In this document: positions 18,450 through 28,554 of the stretch, in pieces
Layout of the letters: every line of letters begins with the position of its first letter
Numbering within the stretch: the stretch's first letter is position 1
Virus record (IMG/VR): IMGVR_UViG_3300029319_009305
Span: 1-64,000 of that record
Reading direction: 5' to 3' (one strand)
DNA from: a virus
DNA length: 64,000 nucleotides
Notes under the pieces: model-generated
Databases searched by the model: none
What the model was told of the DNA's origin: nothing
The model's input: the letters and a program-made list of their open reading frames with translations, nothing else
Made by a program: the position numbers and the translations under genes

Positions 18450-18743
18450 ATGTCAACATTAACAAAAGATGACGTGTGGAAAATGGTACAAATTATGATG
18501 TCTGTAACGATTATACCGTTAGCCGGTTGGGTTTGGAATACTAACGTTCATGTTGCTGAACTTCAAAATGATCTAGGCGATGCTGAGCTGGTTATTGCTG
18601 AGCTCGTTGCTAAAAAAGCGCAGTATGAAGCAAAAGAACTCGAATTAGCATCACAAATAATTGGAATTGAAAAAGATATTGAATACATGAAGGGGTCACT
18701 CGGTAGAATTGAATCACTAGTGACAAGGAAAAAAGACAAATGA
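18450..18743 (+). CDS. membrane-anchored coiled-coil protein
   Basis: One hydrophobic helix followed by heptad region. Confidence 0.6.
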   Translation: MSTLTKDDVWKMVQIMMSVTIIPLAGWVWNTNVHVAELQNDLGDAELVIAELVAKKAQYEAKELELASQIIGIEKDIEYMKGSLGRIESLVTRKKDK

Positions 18744-18988
18744 TGAATTCACTAACACCAGGCATGTTTGTTCTGTTATTTAATTCGACCCTTGCTCAAG
18801 CACAAGAATGTGAAGATCTTAAGCGTGATATGGAAGCACTTGAATTGTTCTTGCAAGATCAGGAAGACTATGAAAAATATTGTTCTGATTTGCCATGGGA
18901 ACAACCAGATATAGAAGTATACAAAAAAGACCTAAGATCTCACTTGCCCCAGACATGCCAAGATAAAAAACAAAAAGAAGATATCTGA
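18740..18988 (+). CDS. secreted hypothetical protein
   Basis: Signal-like N-terminus ending AQA; overlaps previous stop. Confidence 0.55.
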   Translation: MMNSLTPGMFVLLFNSTLAQAQECEDLKRDMEALELFLQDQEDYEKYCSDLPWEQPDIEVYKKDLRSHLPQTCQDKKQKEDI

Positions 18989-19002
18989 GGTATGAACTAC
19001 AA

Positions 19003-19842
19003 ATGGCAACACCCCTAATAAGGATTTCAGAAACAATATACGCAAAACTCGAGACATATCAACCGACTGGTTCAGTTAAAGATAGGATGGTAAGTTATCT
19101 CGTAAATGATGCATTGAACAAACACAAAATAATGCCTGGGCATACTCGGCTCATAGAAGCTACGAGTGGTAACACAGGTATAGCTTTAGCAGCTCAGGCA
19201 GCAAAGTATGGTTGCACATGTATCATTGTCATGCCCCAGAATATGTCTGAACAACGCAAACAAATGATGAGAGCATTTGGTGCGCACATAATAGAAGTCG
19301 GAGATAATGATTTTCAGGGTGCTATTAAGATAAGAGACGAACTTATTAGTGAAGCAACTAAAGATCGTGAGATCTGGTGCCCGTATCAGTTTGAAAATCC
19401 CTTAAATATACAGTGTCATTTTAAGAAAACAGCTCCTGAAATATTGCATCAAGTTGTAAGCTTAGGTAAAAAGTGGCATGGATTTGTTCACGGAGCAGGA
19501 ACAGGCGGGACAATGATGGGTGTTAAGAAATATATTGACCATCATGAGCTTCCAACAAAATGTATATTGACTGTTCCCCACGAAGGAGCAGAATCGCATG
19601 GCATTCAAGGTATAAATGATGGAGCAGATTTTTTACTTGATCGTAACTTGATGGATAATGTTGTAAGGGTCGAAACGTCAGAAGCAATTCAGCGTATGAA
19701 AAAATATGCTCAGGAAACTGGGCTGCTTGTTGGGATAAGTAGTGGTGCAAACATTGTCGCTGCTGAGACTTATGTTGAAACATTCAACCCTGACGGGATA
19801 GTTATAACTATGTTGTGCGATAGGGGAGAGAGGTATTTATGA
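19003..19842 (+). CDS. cysK: cysteine synthase (CysK/CysM family PLP enzyme)
   Basis: KLE...PTGSVKDR, EATSGNTG, GAGTGGT, HGIQGI, GISSGAN, CDRGERYL. Confidence 0.85.
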   Translation: MATPLIRISETIYAKLETYQPTGSVKDRMVSYLVNDALNKHKIMPGHTRLIEATSGNTGIALAAQAAKYGCTCIIVMPQNMSEQRKQMMRAFGAHIIEVGDNDFQGAIKIRDELISEATKDREIWCPYQFENPLNIQCHFKKTAPEILHQVVSLGKKWHGFVHGAGTGGTMMGVKKYIDHHELPTKCILTVPHEGAESHGIQGINDGADFLLDRNLMDNVVRVETSEAIQRMKKYAQETGLLVGISSGANIVAAETYVETFNPDGIVITMLCDRGERYL

Positions 19843-20630
19843 GAAAATCAGTATTTATCGGTGCAATGAAACCAATGACGTCAGGGCACTACGCGATGAT
19901 ACAACAGGTTGTAAATGATGTAGCAGCGCCAGAGGGAGAGAATGCCGCGGAATCTTATGTTATAATATCAATACAAGATAGGATAAAGTCTGGGCAAATG
20001 GCGGTGTATGGTGAAACTGTAATTCAAGCACTGAATGACTTTTATCTTGCAAACAACGCACTGTTGCCAGTAGTTCCACAAGGGCACACTTTAAATATAG
20101 TATTTGTATATTCAGGAAAATTTAAGCTAGACAATCCAAACAGGCTGAATCAGATAAAAGACACTATCAATCAAATTGAAGAAGCACTATCTGATAGAGG
20201 TGATGTAAACATACTAGTCTCTGAAGTTGTGTCGGGCCCTCCAAATTTTCTACTCGGTATGGCAGAGGTCGAGCCGGATACAGAATTTGTTCTTTATGTT
20301 GGCGAAGATGATTTTTCTAAGTATGGGTTTTTGAAAAAATATGTTGACAATATTTCAATTGAAGCATTTGAGCGATTTGAAGGAGGAATATCAGGGACTG
20401 AAGTCAGAGATCTCATGTCACGTGAAGATTTAGAGCCTCATGAAGTTCAAAGGCTAAGTACAGCTTTTCCAAAAGGTATTGATCATGAACAGATTAGCAG
20501 ATTTTTTAGAGAAAAGAGTAAGAATAGATTACAAGAAGATAATTTGACAATGCTTGAAAAGTGCACATATGGTGACTATGACGTTGATTCAGCAATTCGA
20601 AATATATTTATTAAAGGATTAATCAAATAG
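19839..20630 (+). CDS. cytidyltransferase-like (HIGH superfamily) protein
   Basis: GAMKPMTSGH and ISGTEVR motifs. Confidence 0.65.
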   Translation: MRKSVFIGAMKPMTSGHYAMIQQVVNDVAAPEGENAAESYVIISIQDRIKSGQMAVYGETVIQALNDFYLANNALLPVVPQGHTLNIVFVYSGKFKLDNPNRLNQIKDTINQIEEALSDRGDVNILVSEVVSGPPNFLLGMAEVEPDTEFVLYVGEDDFSKYGFLKKYVDNISIEAFERFEGGISGTEVRDLMSREDLEPHEVQRLSTAFPKGIDHEQISRFFREKSKNRLQEDNLTMLEKCTYGDYDVDSAIRNIFIKGLIK

Positions 20631-20656
20631 AAAGTCATATATATACATAGGGTTAT

Positions 20657-21070
20657 ATGACTGATGAGTTTGAAAAGGGAGACCTGGTTGTGTATGCAGG
20701 TTTGACTAAAAAACTGTCTGGAGATTCTGCTGCGCATTACCGTTTAGGCATTGTTAATGAAGTGGGAAAGTATGAGTTGTTTATAAAAGAGCAAGGATCA
20801 CATCTTGGTTTAGCATTTCGAGTAGCTAAAGAGTGTGCTATGAAAGTTGATAGGACAAAAGTCAAACCTATTCCTGTCAACGACTATAATCCAAAACTTG
20901 GTGATTTAGTTTTGAGTCTTAACGACTCAAAATATACAAAGATACAGAAAGATCACGGAATTCTTATTGAAATATCAGAAGTTCCTGGTCAACTTAAGTC
21001 AGGTAAGATTAGAAAGGGAACAAATGAAAAGCTAGTCACGTATGGTAACCTTATAGTTTTAGAACATTAA
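20657..21070 (+). CDS. two-domain 'GDLV' family protein
   Basis: EKGDLVV and KLGDLVL repeats. Confidence 0.7.
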   Translation: MTDEFEKGDLVVYAGLTKKLSGDSAAHYRLGIVNEVGKYELFIKEQGSHLGLAFRVAKECAMKVDRTKVKPIPVNDYNPKLGDLVLSLNDSKYTKIQKDHGILIEISEVPGQLKSGKIRKGTNEKLVTYGNLIVLEH

Positions 21071-21133
21071 GTTTAAATATGCGTGTAAAACTTTATAAGT
21101 GACAATATAATATATTTGTTTAAGGAAATAATT

Positions 21134-21391
21134 ATGAGTCATTTTATCAAAGAAGTTATTCCGCTTTCTGATTATGTAAAAAAATTGTCAGACACTGAAC
21201 TCGCCGATATCGTCTCAAATTATCAAGCGTCTCATCGCTGGGAGCTAACTGATGCCCACAAGACGCTGTACAACAGTGCAAGGAAAGAGTGGGTAAAAAG
21301 GCACGACAAAAAACCAATGCCTAAGCTTATGACAAACTTTGATATGATACTTCAAAAGACTGACAATTTTTTGCCAACTTACAAATTATAG
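21134..21391 (+). CDS. hypothetical protein
   Basis: Promoter at 21083, TAAGGA SD. Confidence 0.6.
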   Translation: MSHFIKEVIPLSDYVKKLSDTELADIVSNYQASHRWELTDAHKTLYNSARKEWVKRHDKKPMPKLMTNFDMILQKTDNFLPTYKL

Positions 21392-21463
21392 ACATATTTT
21401 GAGTATACGTTTTGATTTAATCGTTTATACTGAAGCTTCAAATTCTATGTAAGGGTAAAGTCA

Positions 21464-21688
21464 ATGAGAAATTATACTAATCAACAAGTTTTTGATTATT
21501 TAGAAGATCTAAAAATATCAGAAATGCAAATGTATGTAGAGTTAATTGAAAATTTTAAAAACATGGCGAAGGGTGGGAACGGTGGAGTCCCTGATCACCT
21601 CAATGGTACTTCAATTCGTGAATACTATTACACAGGATGGCCTGACGCTAGGTTTCGAATAATACTAGAAGAATTAGGAGAACTTTAA
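21464..21688 (+). CDS. hypothetical protein, paralog of 31591-31836
   Basis: Shared F..M..GG.GG...SIRE.YY motif. Confidence 0.65.
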   Translation: MRNYTNQQVFDYLEDLKISEMQMYVELIENFKNMAKGGNGGVPDHLNGTSIREYYYTGWPDARFRIILEELGEL

Positions 21689-22083
21689 TGAATAGCTGGT
21701 ATAATAACAATCTTAGCATTGAAAGAGAATATAGTGCGCAGTTTGATTTTTCTCATTACTGGAAAAGTAAAATCAGAAGAGGGAAGCATGTAACATTCAG
21801 TATTGTAAATAATACAGCTACTATGCTAAGCGACAAGACAACATATTATGAGTTGGAACCTCAAAGCATAGCATCTACAGAATTTACTGACAGCAAGCCG
21901 ATGATACTTTTTGCAATTCGCAAACATCAAGCTTTTTCAGGAGGAAGAGAGAAAAACAACCAATTCGTAGGAGAGTTTGCTGTTGAGATTGGATCGTACT
22001 ACACAGTCATGAGATCCCTATCAACTATTGTCTGCGAGCATTGTGATATTGATTTAGCTCAAAATAAAATTGTAATATACTAG
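21688..22083 (+). CDS. hypothetical protein
   Basis: AGGAG SD; coupled to previous gene. Confidence 0.6.
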   Translation: MNSWYNNNLSIEREYSAQFDFSHYWKSKIRRGKHVTFSIVNNTATMLSDKTTYYELEPQSIASTEFTDSKPMILFAIRKHQAFSGGREKNNQFVGEFAVEIGSYYTVMRSLSTIVCEHCDIDLAQNKIVIY

Positions 22084-22164
22084 TAGATTAAATCGTGCAA
22101 ATTATAAAAAGATATAATATAATAAAATTGTTAAATACATAATTCAAAATCATAGGAGTTAATT

Positions 22165-22677
22165 ATGACTAACATTCCATCAGCCACAGTCAATCTTTTG
22201 AAAAATTTGCAGTCAGGTTCTTTGGCACTAAACGACCTTAAAACCAATCAAGCTATTATGCTTGCCAGTTCAGGCTTTCTGACAGTTAATGACAACGAAC
22301 CTCAACTCACTAAAAAGGTATCTACAATTCTTAATCGTGAAGCAAGAAAACTTTTGCAAGCACGAGCTAATATTGGGGTTGCTTGCTTTCTGGCATCTAA
22401 CATGAAAGATGGCGTAGGCTTTAGCGTCAAACCACAAGGTAAGAATAAGTCAACTTCTATTTTGCCCCATCTAGCAGAACACGGTATCAATCGTGATCAA
22501 GTACTTACTGCGCTCAAGATACTTCGTGCCGAAGGGCTTGTCGAAACAAATGCAAATTTTGTGAACAACAATTGTTCAATTCGATGGTATCGTGCAGGAA
22601 CTTACGAGCCTGATTTGGGTGTTCCGCAAAATGCAGAGCCTGAAGAACACGATGTTGAGTTTCTTACAATCGCCTAA
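22165..22677 (+). CDS. winged-helix-like protein, paralog of 37755 and 41913 genes
   Basis: RDQVLTALKILRAEGLV...NN...W. Confidence 0.65.
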   Translation: MTNIPSATVNLLKNLQSGSLALNDLKTNQAIMLASSGFLTVNDNEPQLTKKVSTILNREARKLLQARANIGVACFLASNMKDGVGFSVKPQGKNKSTSILPHLAEHGINRDQVLTALKILRAEGLVETNANFVNNNCSIRWYRAGTYEPDLGVPQNAEPEEHDVEFLTIA

Positions 22678-22688
22678 CTGGTGCTTAA

Positions 22689-22961
22689 ATGAAAAGACCC
22701 CCGCTTAAAAGCTATGTCATAACAACAAAGCATAATGATCAAATCTTAAAGGGCAGGATCGTGTATTGGTCGAAGGATTATCAGGTTATTTTAGAAGAAC
22801 CATTTTATAAAGAAACTAAAATGACACACATGATGTACATGATTCCTGCTAGATTTGTGACACCAGAGGACACACATGATTATAGTCCTAATATTCACAA
22901 CATTGACATTGTTGAAAAATGTGTCAAGATAATGATTAATCTATACGAGGAAAATAAATGA
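22689..22961 (+). CDS. hypothetical protein
   Basis: ORF in operon. Confidence 0.55.
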   Translation: MKRPPLKSYVITTKHNDQILKGRIVYWSKDYQVILEEPFYKETKMTHMMYMIPARFVTPEDTHDYSPNIHNIDIVEKCVKIMINLYEENK

Positions 22962-23134
22962 AGCAAGAAACAAAGTCTGTTAAAGTCAAAGCATACAATA
23001 GGAAAACCCACACAATCGAGGTAGAATCAATTGAGATGAGTGGCCATAAGTTTTGTTACCTGAAGAAGAACGGTAACATAATTTTAAATACAACCCCTGA
23101 GGAGCTCCGTAAGTTGAAAAAACTATTTGATTAA
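22958..23134 (+). CDS. hypothetical protein (58 aa)
   Basis: GAGG SD, ATGA overlap. Confidence 0.5.
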   Translation: MKQETKSVKVKAYNRKTHTIEVESIEMSGHKFCYLKKNGNIILNTTPEELRKLKKLFD

Positions 23135-23193
23135 TTCATGCAAATAGTATAATGGTATAATATAATAAATTGTAACCAACCAAAGGAGAAAAA

Positions 23194-24456
23194 ATGATTA
23201 CTTTCCTAATGCTTACCGCATGTTCAGATCAAATGATAGCGTATCCCGTAGAAAAACCTCAAGAAGGTAACATCACGGAAGATGATATTGTTGTAGGAAC
23301 GGAAGATGTTCCTGAAACCTCTGATACTGGTCACCTAGAAATTGACGATGATCCTGTCGATGAAGATGGTGAACAGCCAGAGTTTGATACGGGAATTGAT
23401 GAGGACACGGGTTCTGAACAAGATCCACTTAATGAAGATGATACAGCGTCAGATGCAGTAGATGAAATAATAGAGGAAGAACCGGAAGAGGAAACAGAGG
23501 AATCACCGGAAGAGGAAACAGAGGAAATAATCGAAGACGAGCCAGTGGTTGTAATTGTCGACAACTTCAACTACAGTGACGATATCGCAGCTTCAAGTTC
23601 TCCTCACTGGGAAAGACTTTGGTATGCTAGCGATTGGGGCTGGGATATTGTTGATGCTCAAGAGGATCTGGGCTGTGGATTGGTTAACGGATATATTGAT
23701 TGTGATTGCTGGTCTAACAACAGTTGTGCGAATGACATAAGTCAACATATTCCGTTTCAGCAATTTGTTGATTTGGCTGTAGCTGGATATTGGGTATGCG
23801 CAATTGACAATGTCGGATCGATCTTTTGTTTTTCCGAAGGAGGAGAAACCTACAGTCCACCCGCCACGGTGAATCCTTACGTAGATGTTGTAATATCAGG
23901 AGATAACGTTTGTGGGTTGGATGAATCAGGATATATATACTGCTTTGACATCAATGCTGGGGGATTGACTTATAATGATGTGAACACATACAAAGTTATT
24001 GAAGGTCATGGCACAGTGTTCTGTGCAGTCCACAGTGATGGTTTAGAAATCACATGCATCGATACCTCAAATATGACTGTGACATATAATCATCAATTTG
24101 CTTATGAGATTATAGGATTTGACAGTTATCACACTAGTTACTGCTACACATATCTAGATGGCAACGGAATGCAAGCGACAAATTGCGGATGGGTTGACTC
24201 GCCAAATCAAAACAGCTTCCAATACTGTCTAGACAATTCACCGCATCAATATTATTACGACTTCTTTTCAAACAATACGGATCTAACTAACATTGAAGTT
24301 GGTCAAGACTGGGCAGCAGTTTGGGACTCACAGACACAAACAGAAATAACTTGGGGCGGTTATTTAGACATTAATGGCGGATACTATGATAACTCAACTA
24401 TCGTTAACAATGGATACTATACACATGGGGGTTGCAACTATTATTGGGGGAATTAA
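23194..24456 (+). CDS. acidic lipoprotein with RCC1/BLIP-II-like Cys repeats
   Basis: MITFLMLTAC lipobox; D/E-rich DTG linker; repeats such as VCAIDNVGSIFCF and VCGLDESGYIYCF. Confidence 0.7.
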   Translation: MITFLMLTACSDQMIAYPVEKPQEGNITEDDIVVGTEDVPETSDTGHLEIDDDPVDEDGEQPEFDTGIDEDTGSEQDPLNEDDTASDAVDEIIEEEPEEETEESPEEETEEIIEDEPVVVIVDNFNYSDDIAASSSPHWERLWYASDWGWDIVDAQEDLGCGLVNGYIDCDCWSNNSCANDISQHIPFQQFVDLAVAGYWVCAIDNVGSIFCFSEGGETYSPPATVNPYVDVVISGDNVCGLDESGYIYCFDINAGGLTYNDVNTYKVIEGHGTVFCAVHSDGLEITCIDTSNMTVTYNHQFAYEIIGFDSYHTSYCYTYLDGNGMQATNCGWVDSPNQNSFQYCLDNSPHQYYYDFFSNNTDLTNIEVGQDWAAVWDSQTQTEITWGGYLDINGGYYDNSTIVNNGYYTHGGCNYYWGN

Positions 24457-24522
24457 AATATTTTCGTGCAAATAAAACTAAAACACATTATAATATAAAG
24501 GTAACCAACCAAAGGAGAAAAT

Positions 24523-24876
24523 ATGGAATTTCAACTAACACAAGATCGAAAAGATGCGAATATGACATCGAATATTTCACATCTTCTTAGTCATGATGAT
24601 CTCAAAGATCTGAGAAATGTTACGCCTCATCTAATGGCAGCAACTTTCGGACCGGGGGACAATAGTTACTGGGAACCCGCACGGGGTTACGACTCACCTG
24701 AATGGTACTTCAAAGGACCGGGTGGAGCTATTCTTGGCATCGGCTTTCGGTGGGGAATGACTAGACTTCGTGGAAAAAATGTTGATAATCAATTCGTGAC
24801 GCCACAAGAAGTTTGTGCATCATTCCTTCATCAAGTGTTGTATACAATTGAAATTGAACAAGAAGACGGGATCTAG
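24523..24876 (+). CDS. early hypothetical protein
   Basis: Promoter 24466 plus ACCAACCAAAGGAG leader. Confidence 0.7.
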   Translation: MEFQLTQDRKDANMTSNISHLLSHDDLKDLRNVTPHLMAATFGPGDNSYWEPARGYDSPEWYFKGPGGAILGIGFRWGMTRLRGKNVDNQFVTPQEVCASFLHQVLYTIEIEQEDGI

Positions 24877-24884
24877 TGTTTAAT

Positions 24885-25004
24885 ATGACAGTTAAGCCAA
24901 TTTATTATTGCCAATTCTGTGGAACTGAGTCTCATAAATCTTATTGGGTGCTTGGATACTGTCCCACATGTAAAACACAATCACAGCCAAAGAGGTGGAA
25001 ATGA
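24885..25004 (+). CDS. 39-aa zinc-ribbon peptide
   Basis: CQFC and CPTC pairs; stop overlaps next ATG. Confidence 0.45.
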   Translation: MTVKPIYYCQFCGTESHKSYWVLGYCPTCKTQSQPKRWK

Positions 25005-25306
25005 CATTGAAGGTGTATGACACTAACAAGGACATGCTTGTACCGTGGTTTTTGATGGCCTCTTATGCTTATTACGAATTAGGTATTCATATAATGCCAG
25101 ACGCAGAGTTTGATAGAATAGCAATAGAGCTCAATAATCACTGGGATGATGTTGATCATATGCATAAGCATCTCATTACAAAAGAAATGTTAGCGACGTC
25201 ATCAGGCTATTCGATAGAGTATACGAATATGATTAAATATGCAACGCAAGATTACATCAAGTCTTTGACTAAAAACCAGATAAGAAAGTTTAATGCGTGC
25301 AAATAA
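25001..25306 (+). CDS. protein resembling NAD-dependent DNA ligase domain Ia
   Basis: YAYYEL...MPDAEFD motif. Confidence 0.55.
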   Translation: MTLKVYDTNKDMLVPWFLMASYAYYELGIHIMPDAEFDRIAIELNNHWDDVDHMHKHLITKEMLATSSGYSIEYTNMIKYATQDYIKSLTKNQIRKFNACK

Positions 25307-25354
25307 AGCGAAAGCTGATTATAATATAAAAGTAAAATAACAAAAGGAGAAAAA

Positions 25355-25591
25355 ATGGAAGCTCTCGGAACATTAAAAGCAATTCAGGAAATAGCAGACC
25401 GAGCTGCTGGAGGCTATGAACACAATGTTGACGGATGCCCTGAGTCTTACGCCGACTGGATAATTGAGTGGTATCAAACCAATGATTGTCCTGAGCCAAT
25501 TAGAAGCAATAGTTACTATCAAGTTCTACTTGAACAGTATGCTTCAACTATTAAAAGTCAAGTCATTAGAAAGATCAAAGAGAGTAGATAA
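25355..25591 (+). CDS. early hypothetical protein
   Basis: Promoter 25297, AAGGAG SD. Confidence 0.65.
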   Translation: MEALGTLKAIQEIADRAAGGYEHNVDGCPESYADWIIEWYQTNDCPEPIRSNSYYQVLLEQYASTIKSQVIRKIKESR

Positions 25592-25596
25592 CAGTT

Positions 25597-25812
25597 ATGA
25601 AAGTTTATATCGTTACGAAGGATGATTCGCCTTACTGCGTTTTTTCTGACAAGGATGATGCAATTAGATGGGTTGAGAATTACATTGATAATGAATTCAC
25701 TAGCAGGGGTTGCGAATGGGAACAAGACCCAGTTAACCCCGACACTTGGTTATTTTCTGCCGCTCATCACGAGGACAGCTTTATAGACATTCTAGAATTT
25801 CACTTACAATAA
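25597..25812 (+). CDS. hypothetical protein
   Basis: MKVYIV...VFS...A pattern common in phage small proteins. Confidence 0.6.
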   Translation: MKVYIVTKDDSPYCVFSDKDDAIRWVENYIDNEFTSRGCEWEQDPVNPDTWLFSAAHHEDSFIDILEFHLQ

Positions 25813-25830
25813 AATAACAAGGAGTACAAA

Positions 25831-26181
25831 ATGGGTTCGGGTATCGGGTCAGAAAAAATATACCAGCTAATAGAAGAATGTGGAGGCTCTGAATTTGGTT
25901 CAGCTGTCATATTGGAAAATCTAATCAAGTATTTAAGACGAGACACGCTTGAAGATTTCGTCAAATACTTTAGACGTAATCATGACATGCAACTAGAAGA
26001 AAGTACTGAAGAACTTGGACTTGAGCTAGAAACAAACAACTACGAGCTTTGCTCAACGTGCCAGAATGGCAAGCTTATTGGTGCTGTCTGCAGTGATTGT
26101 TTAGATAAACAAATAGAAGAGATGTATTCAAGAGAAGAAGACACGACTACGTTTTTTTCATCAAAAATACCCGCATGTTAG
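25831..26181 (+). CDS. hypothetical protein with CxxC pair
   Basis: AAGGAG SD. Confidence 0.65.
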   Translation: MGSGIGSEKIYQLIEECGGSEFGSAVILENLIKYLRRDTLEDFVKYFRRNHDMQLEESTEELGLELETNNYELCSTCQNGKLIGAVCSDCLDKQIEEMYSREEDTTTFFSSKIPAC

Positions 26182-26190
26182 GAGAAAACT

Positions 26191-26445
26191 ATGTCTGCTA
26201 AAAAAATTGATTTTATCAAAGTAGTTGATTTGGACAGTAACGAGTGTTTCATTAACCCAACTCACATTACTTGTGTTAGGTGTCAAGACTCTAAGCGTGA
26301 AAATTCAACTTGGGAAATAGTTTTATTAGGTTCAATTGCTGTATATGTCAGAGAAAAAGAAGCACGGGATGTTATTGACAACATCACAAAGATTGATTTT
26401 GACTTTGCTTCAAACACGTGCAATTTTAAAGCACACACATTATAA
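26191..26445 (+). CDS. hypothetical protein (FINP.HI motif)
   Basis: AGGAG SD. Confidence 0.6.
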   Translation: MSAKKIDFIKVVDLDSNECFINPTHITCVRCQDSKRENSTWEIVLLGSIAVYVREKEARDVIDNITKIDFDFASNTCNFKAHTL

Positions 26446-26474
26446 TATAAGTGTACCAACCAAAGGAGAACATC

Positions 26475-26750
26475 ATGAATTTACCATTTAGAAAATATTC
26501 GAATGATCCTAACTTTGTCGGATATCCGATTTTCTACATCATAGAAGGAGAATGCGTCTGTGCAGATTGCTGCAATGAAGCATGGCAGTCAGGTGAAGAA
26601 TACTATCAACCGATCGATCATCCAGCACGCAACAACGATGTCTATAACGAAGAGATCGGAGAGGCAGTTAACTGGGAAGACCAGAATCTGTGGTGTACAT
26701 ATTGTTCGACACAAATTGAAGCTGCATATAACAACCAAGAAGAGGAGTAA
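26475..26750 (+). CDS. early zinc-binding hypothetical protein
   Basis: Promoter 26418; GYPIFY...CADC...CTYC. Confidence 0.7.
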   Translation: MNLPFRKYSNDPNFVGYPIFYIIEGECVCADCCNEAWQSGEEYYQPIDHPARNNDVYNEEIGEAVNWEDQNLWCTYCSTQIEAAYNNQEEE

Positions 26751-26752
26751 TC

Positions 26753-27247
26753 ATGGGTGGTAAAGCATTAAGCGGTAAACGCATATCTAACGAAGAAGCA
26801 TACAAGCTTGCTGAAAGAATAATCTGTGACAACGACTTGGGCTGTAAAGTGGATCGTATCCTACTTTGTGGATCAGCCCGTCGAGGCAAAGAAGATAGCG
26901 GCGATCTAGATTTTGTATTTATTGACAGTGAGAATGATGCTCTCAAATCATGGCTAGTCGAAAACTACGGAACTAAAAAGAACGGAAAACCACAGACAAC
27001 TATTCTATACGATGGTGTTCAAGTGGAATTCTATGAAGCTACCCATGAGTCTTGGGGTTCTTGCACCCTAATGTGGACAGGGAGTGCCCGCAATAACATT
27101 CAGCTTAGAAGGGCAGCAAAGTCGAAGGGGCTCAAGCTAAATCAGCATGGTTTATTTGATGGCAGTGAAAATCTGGCAGCAGGTAAATCTGAACAAGCGA
27201 TATTTGAAATGCTCGGAAAGCGGTATAAAGAACCACAAAACCGCTAA
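26753..27247 (+). CDS. minimal family X DNA polymerase (palm and thumb only)
   Basis: CGSARRGK...GDLDFV, WTGS, LR..AK.KGLKLNQHGLF, E..IF..LG..Y.EP..R. Confidence 0.85.
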   Translation: MGGKALSGKRISNEEAYKLAERIICDNDLGCKVDRILLCGSARRGKEDSGDLDFVFIDSENDALKSWLVENYGTKKNGKPQTTILYDGVQVEFYEATHESWGSCTLMWTGSARNNIQLRRAAKSKGLKLNQHGLFDGSENLAAGKSEQAIFEMLGKRYKEPQNR

Positions 27248-27307
27248 ATTCGTGCAAAAAATATCAAGTCATATTATAATATAAACATACCAACTAAGGA
27301 GTACATT

Positions 27308-27688
27308 ATGTGGGAATTACAAGAACAAGTTAACTGGATGGTAGAACAGTACTTTGAAGATTCATCCGCTGCTAGAATAAGTGCAGAAGCTGTCGGGTTA
27401 GATGGTAGAGCCGGCACTGTCTTTGTGTCGACAGAAGAAGAATGGATAGCTACAAGTAATGTTAGGTCACTCGAATACTACGGAGGCTTTGAGTATGTTG
27501 ACAGCGAGTACAAAGTAACTGTTGGGGACATAACTTTTTATTCTGCCGACGACTGCCGTGTCGCTGAGGCAATTGCACATTATATCGAACTACAAGAGCA
27601 ACAGGATGAAGAAGAAGATGTTGCGGAACAACAAAGACGTGATGAAAAGAATGGATTGTACCCAGACAAATGGGATGATGCTAATTGA
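27308..27688 (+). CDS. early acidic hypothetical protein
   Basis: Promoter 27252; LEYYGGFEYV motif. Confidence 0.7.
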   Translation: MWELQEQVNWMVEQYFEDSSAARISAEAVGLDGRAGTVFVSTEEEWIATSNVRSLEYYGGFEYVDSEYKVTVGDITFYSADDCRVAEAIAHYIELQEQQDEEEDVAEQQRRDEKNGLYPDKWDDAN

Positions 27689-27743
27689 TCCTAAGCCCGT
27701 GCACAACATATTATAATAAAACTATACCAACCAAGAGGACAAC

Positions 27744-27968
27744 ATGAATTTTAGAGTATATATCACTTTTGATACAGGCCATCAACACCTTGACACCGAC
27801 TGGTGTGACAAGGAAACACTACTTAAGTCGATCCAACGTCTCCGCTACGGGCCTATATCAAAAATGGGTATCTTAAAGGAGATAAGAGTTGTAGACACAT
27901 GCGACTTCACAATCTTCTTGGTGCAGGACGATAAGGTTGTGTATCCTCGAATTGAAGAGGTAGCATGA
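27744..27968 (+). CDS. early hypothetical protein
   Basis: TATAAT plus ACCAACC leader. Confidence 0.65.
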   Translation: MNFRVYITFDTGHQHLDTDWCDKETLLKSIQRLRYGPISKMGILKEIRVVDTCDFTIFLVQDDKVVYPRIEEVA

Positions 27969-28171
27969 TAAATAAACTAAAAGTCGGTGACTTAGTGCGA
28001 TGGACGTTTGGAAAAACATCTATGAGTTTTAATCCTGAGGGCCGATCTTATGTCGGCATCTTACTTGAAGCAAGGGTGATACCAGAAAACAGTTGGTATG
28101 TTTACTTAAGTGATGGAAGTACGATACACGCAGACATATCTGAACTGGAGATAGTTAGTGAAATCAGGTGA
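27965..28171 (+). CDS. small 'GDLV' family protein
   Basis: LKVGDLV...LEIVSEIR*. Confidence 0.75.
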   Translation: MINKLKVGDLVRWTFGKTSMSFNPEGRSYVGILLEARVIPENSWYVYLSDGSTIHADISELEIVSEIR

Positions 28172-28340
28172 TTTAGTAACAGTAAAGGATTGTCATGGTT
28201 ACAATGTCTATATGCAAAACCTTGTCGGTCATATCGGCATTGTTCTTGACATTGGCAGAATAGCTACGAAGGTGTTCATTTTAGATCAGATAAGATACCT
28301 CAACCCAAATGATTTAGAGATACTAAATGAAAGTCGGTGA
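28158..28340 (+). CDS. small 'GDLV' family protein
   Basis: MKSGDLV...LEILNESR*. Confidence 0.75.
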   Translation: MKSGDLVTVKDCHGYNVYMQNLVGHIGIVLDIGRIATKVFILDQIRYLNPNDLEILNESR

Positions 28341-28554
28341 TTTATGTAGATACACACAAGAATATTCAATAAGAATTGTCGCAATGCAATATGATATATC
28401 TGCACAAGGCACTGACACTTTTCTTGTGCTTGATACAGTTGAAAGACCCCATCATCAGTTTGGTGATATGAGAATCAAAGCATGGTGTAATCGTAGACAT
28501 CGCACATGTCTACTAAGGAAAGGATGGTTAGAGGTGATCAATGAAAGTCGGTGA
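28327..28554 (+). CDS. small 'GDLV' family protein
   Basis: MKVGDLC...LEVINESR*. Confidence 0.75.
   Translation: MKVGDLCRYTQEYSIRIVAMQYDISAQGTDTFLVLDTVERPHHQFGDMRIKAWCNRRHRTCLLRKGWLEVINESR

Noticed and set aside
23460-23535. Short tandem GAGGAAACAGAGGAA repeats
   Set aside because: They simply encode the Glu-rich linker of the lipoprotein.
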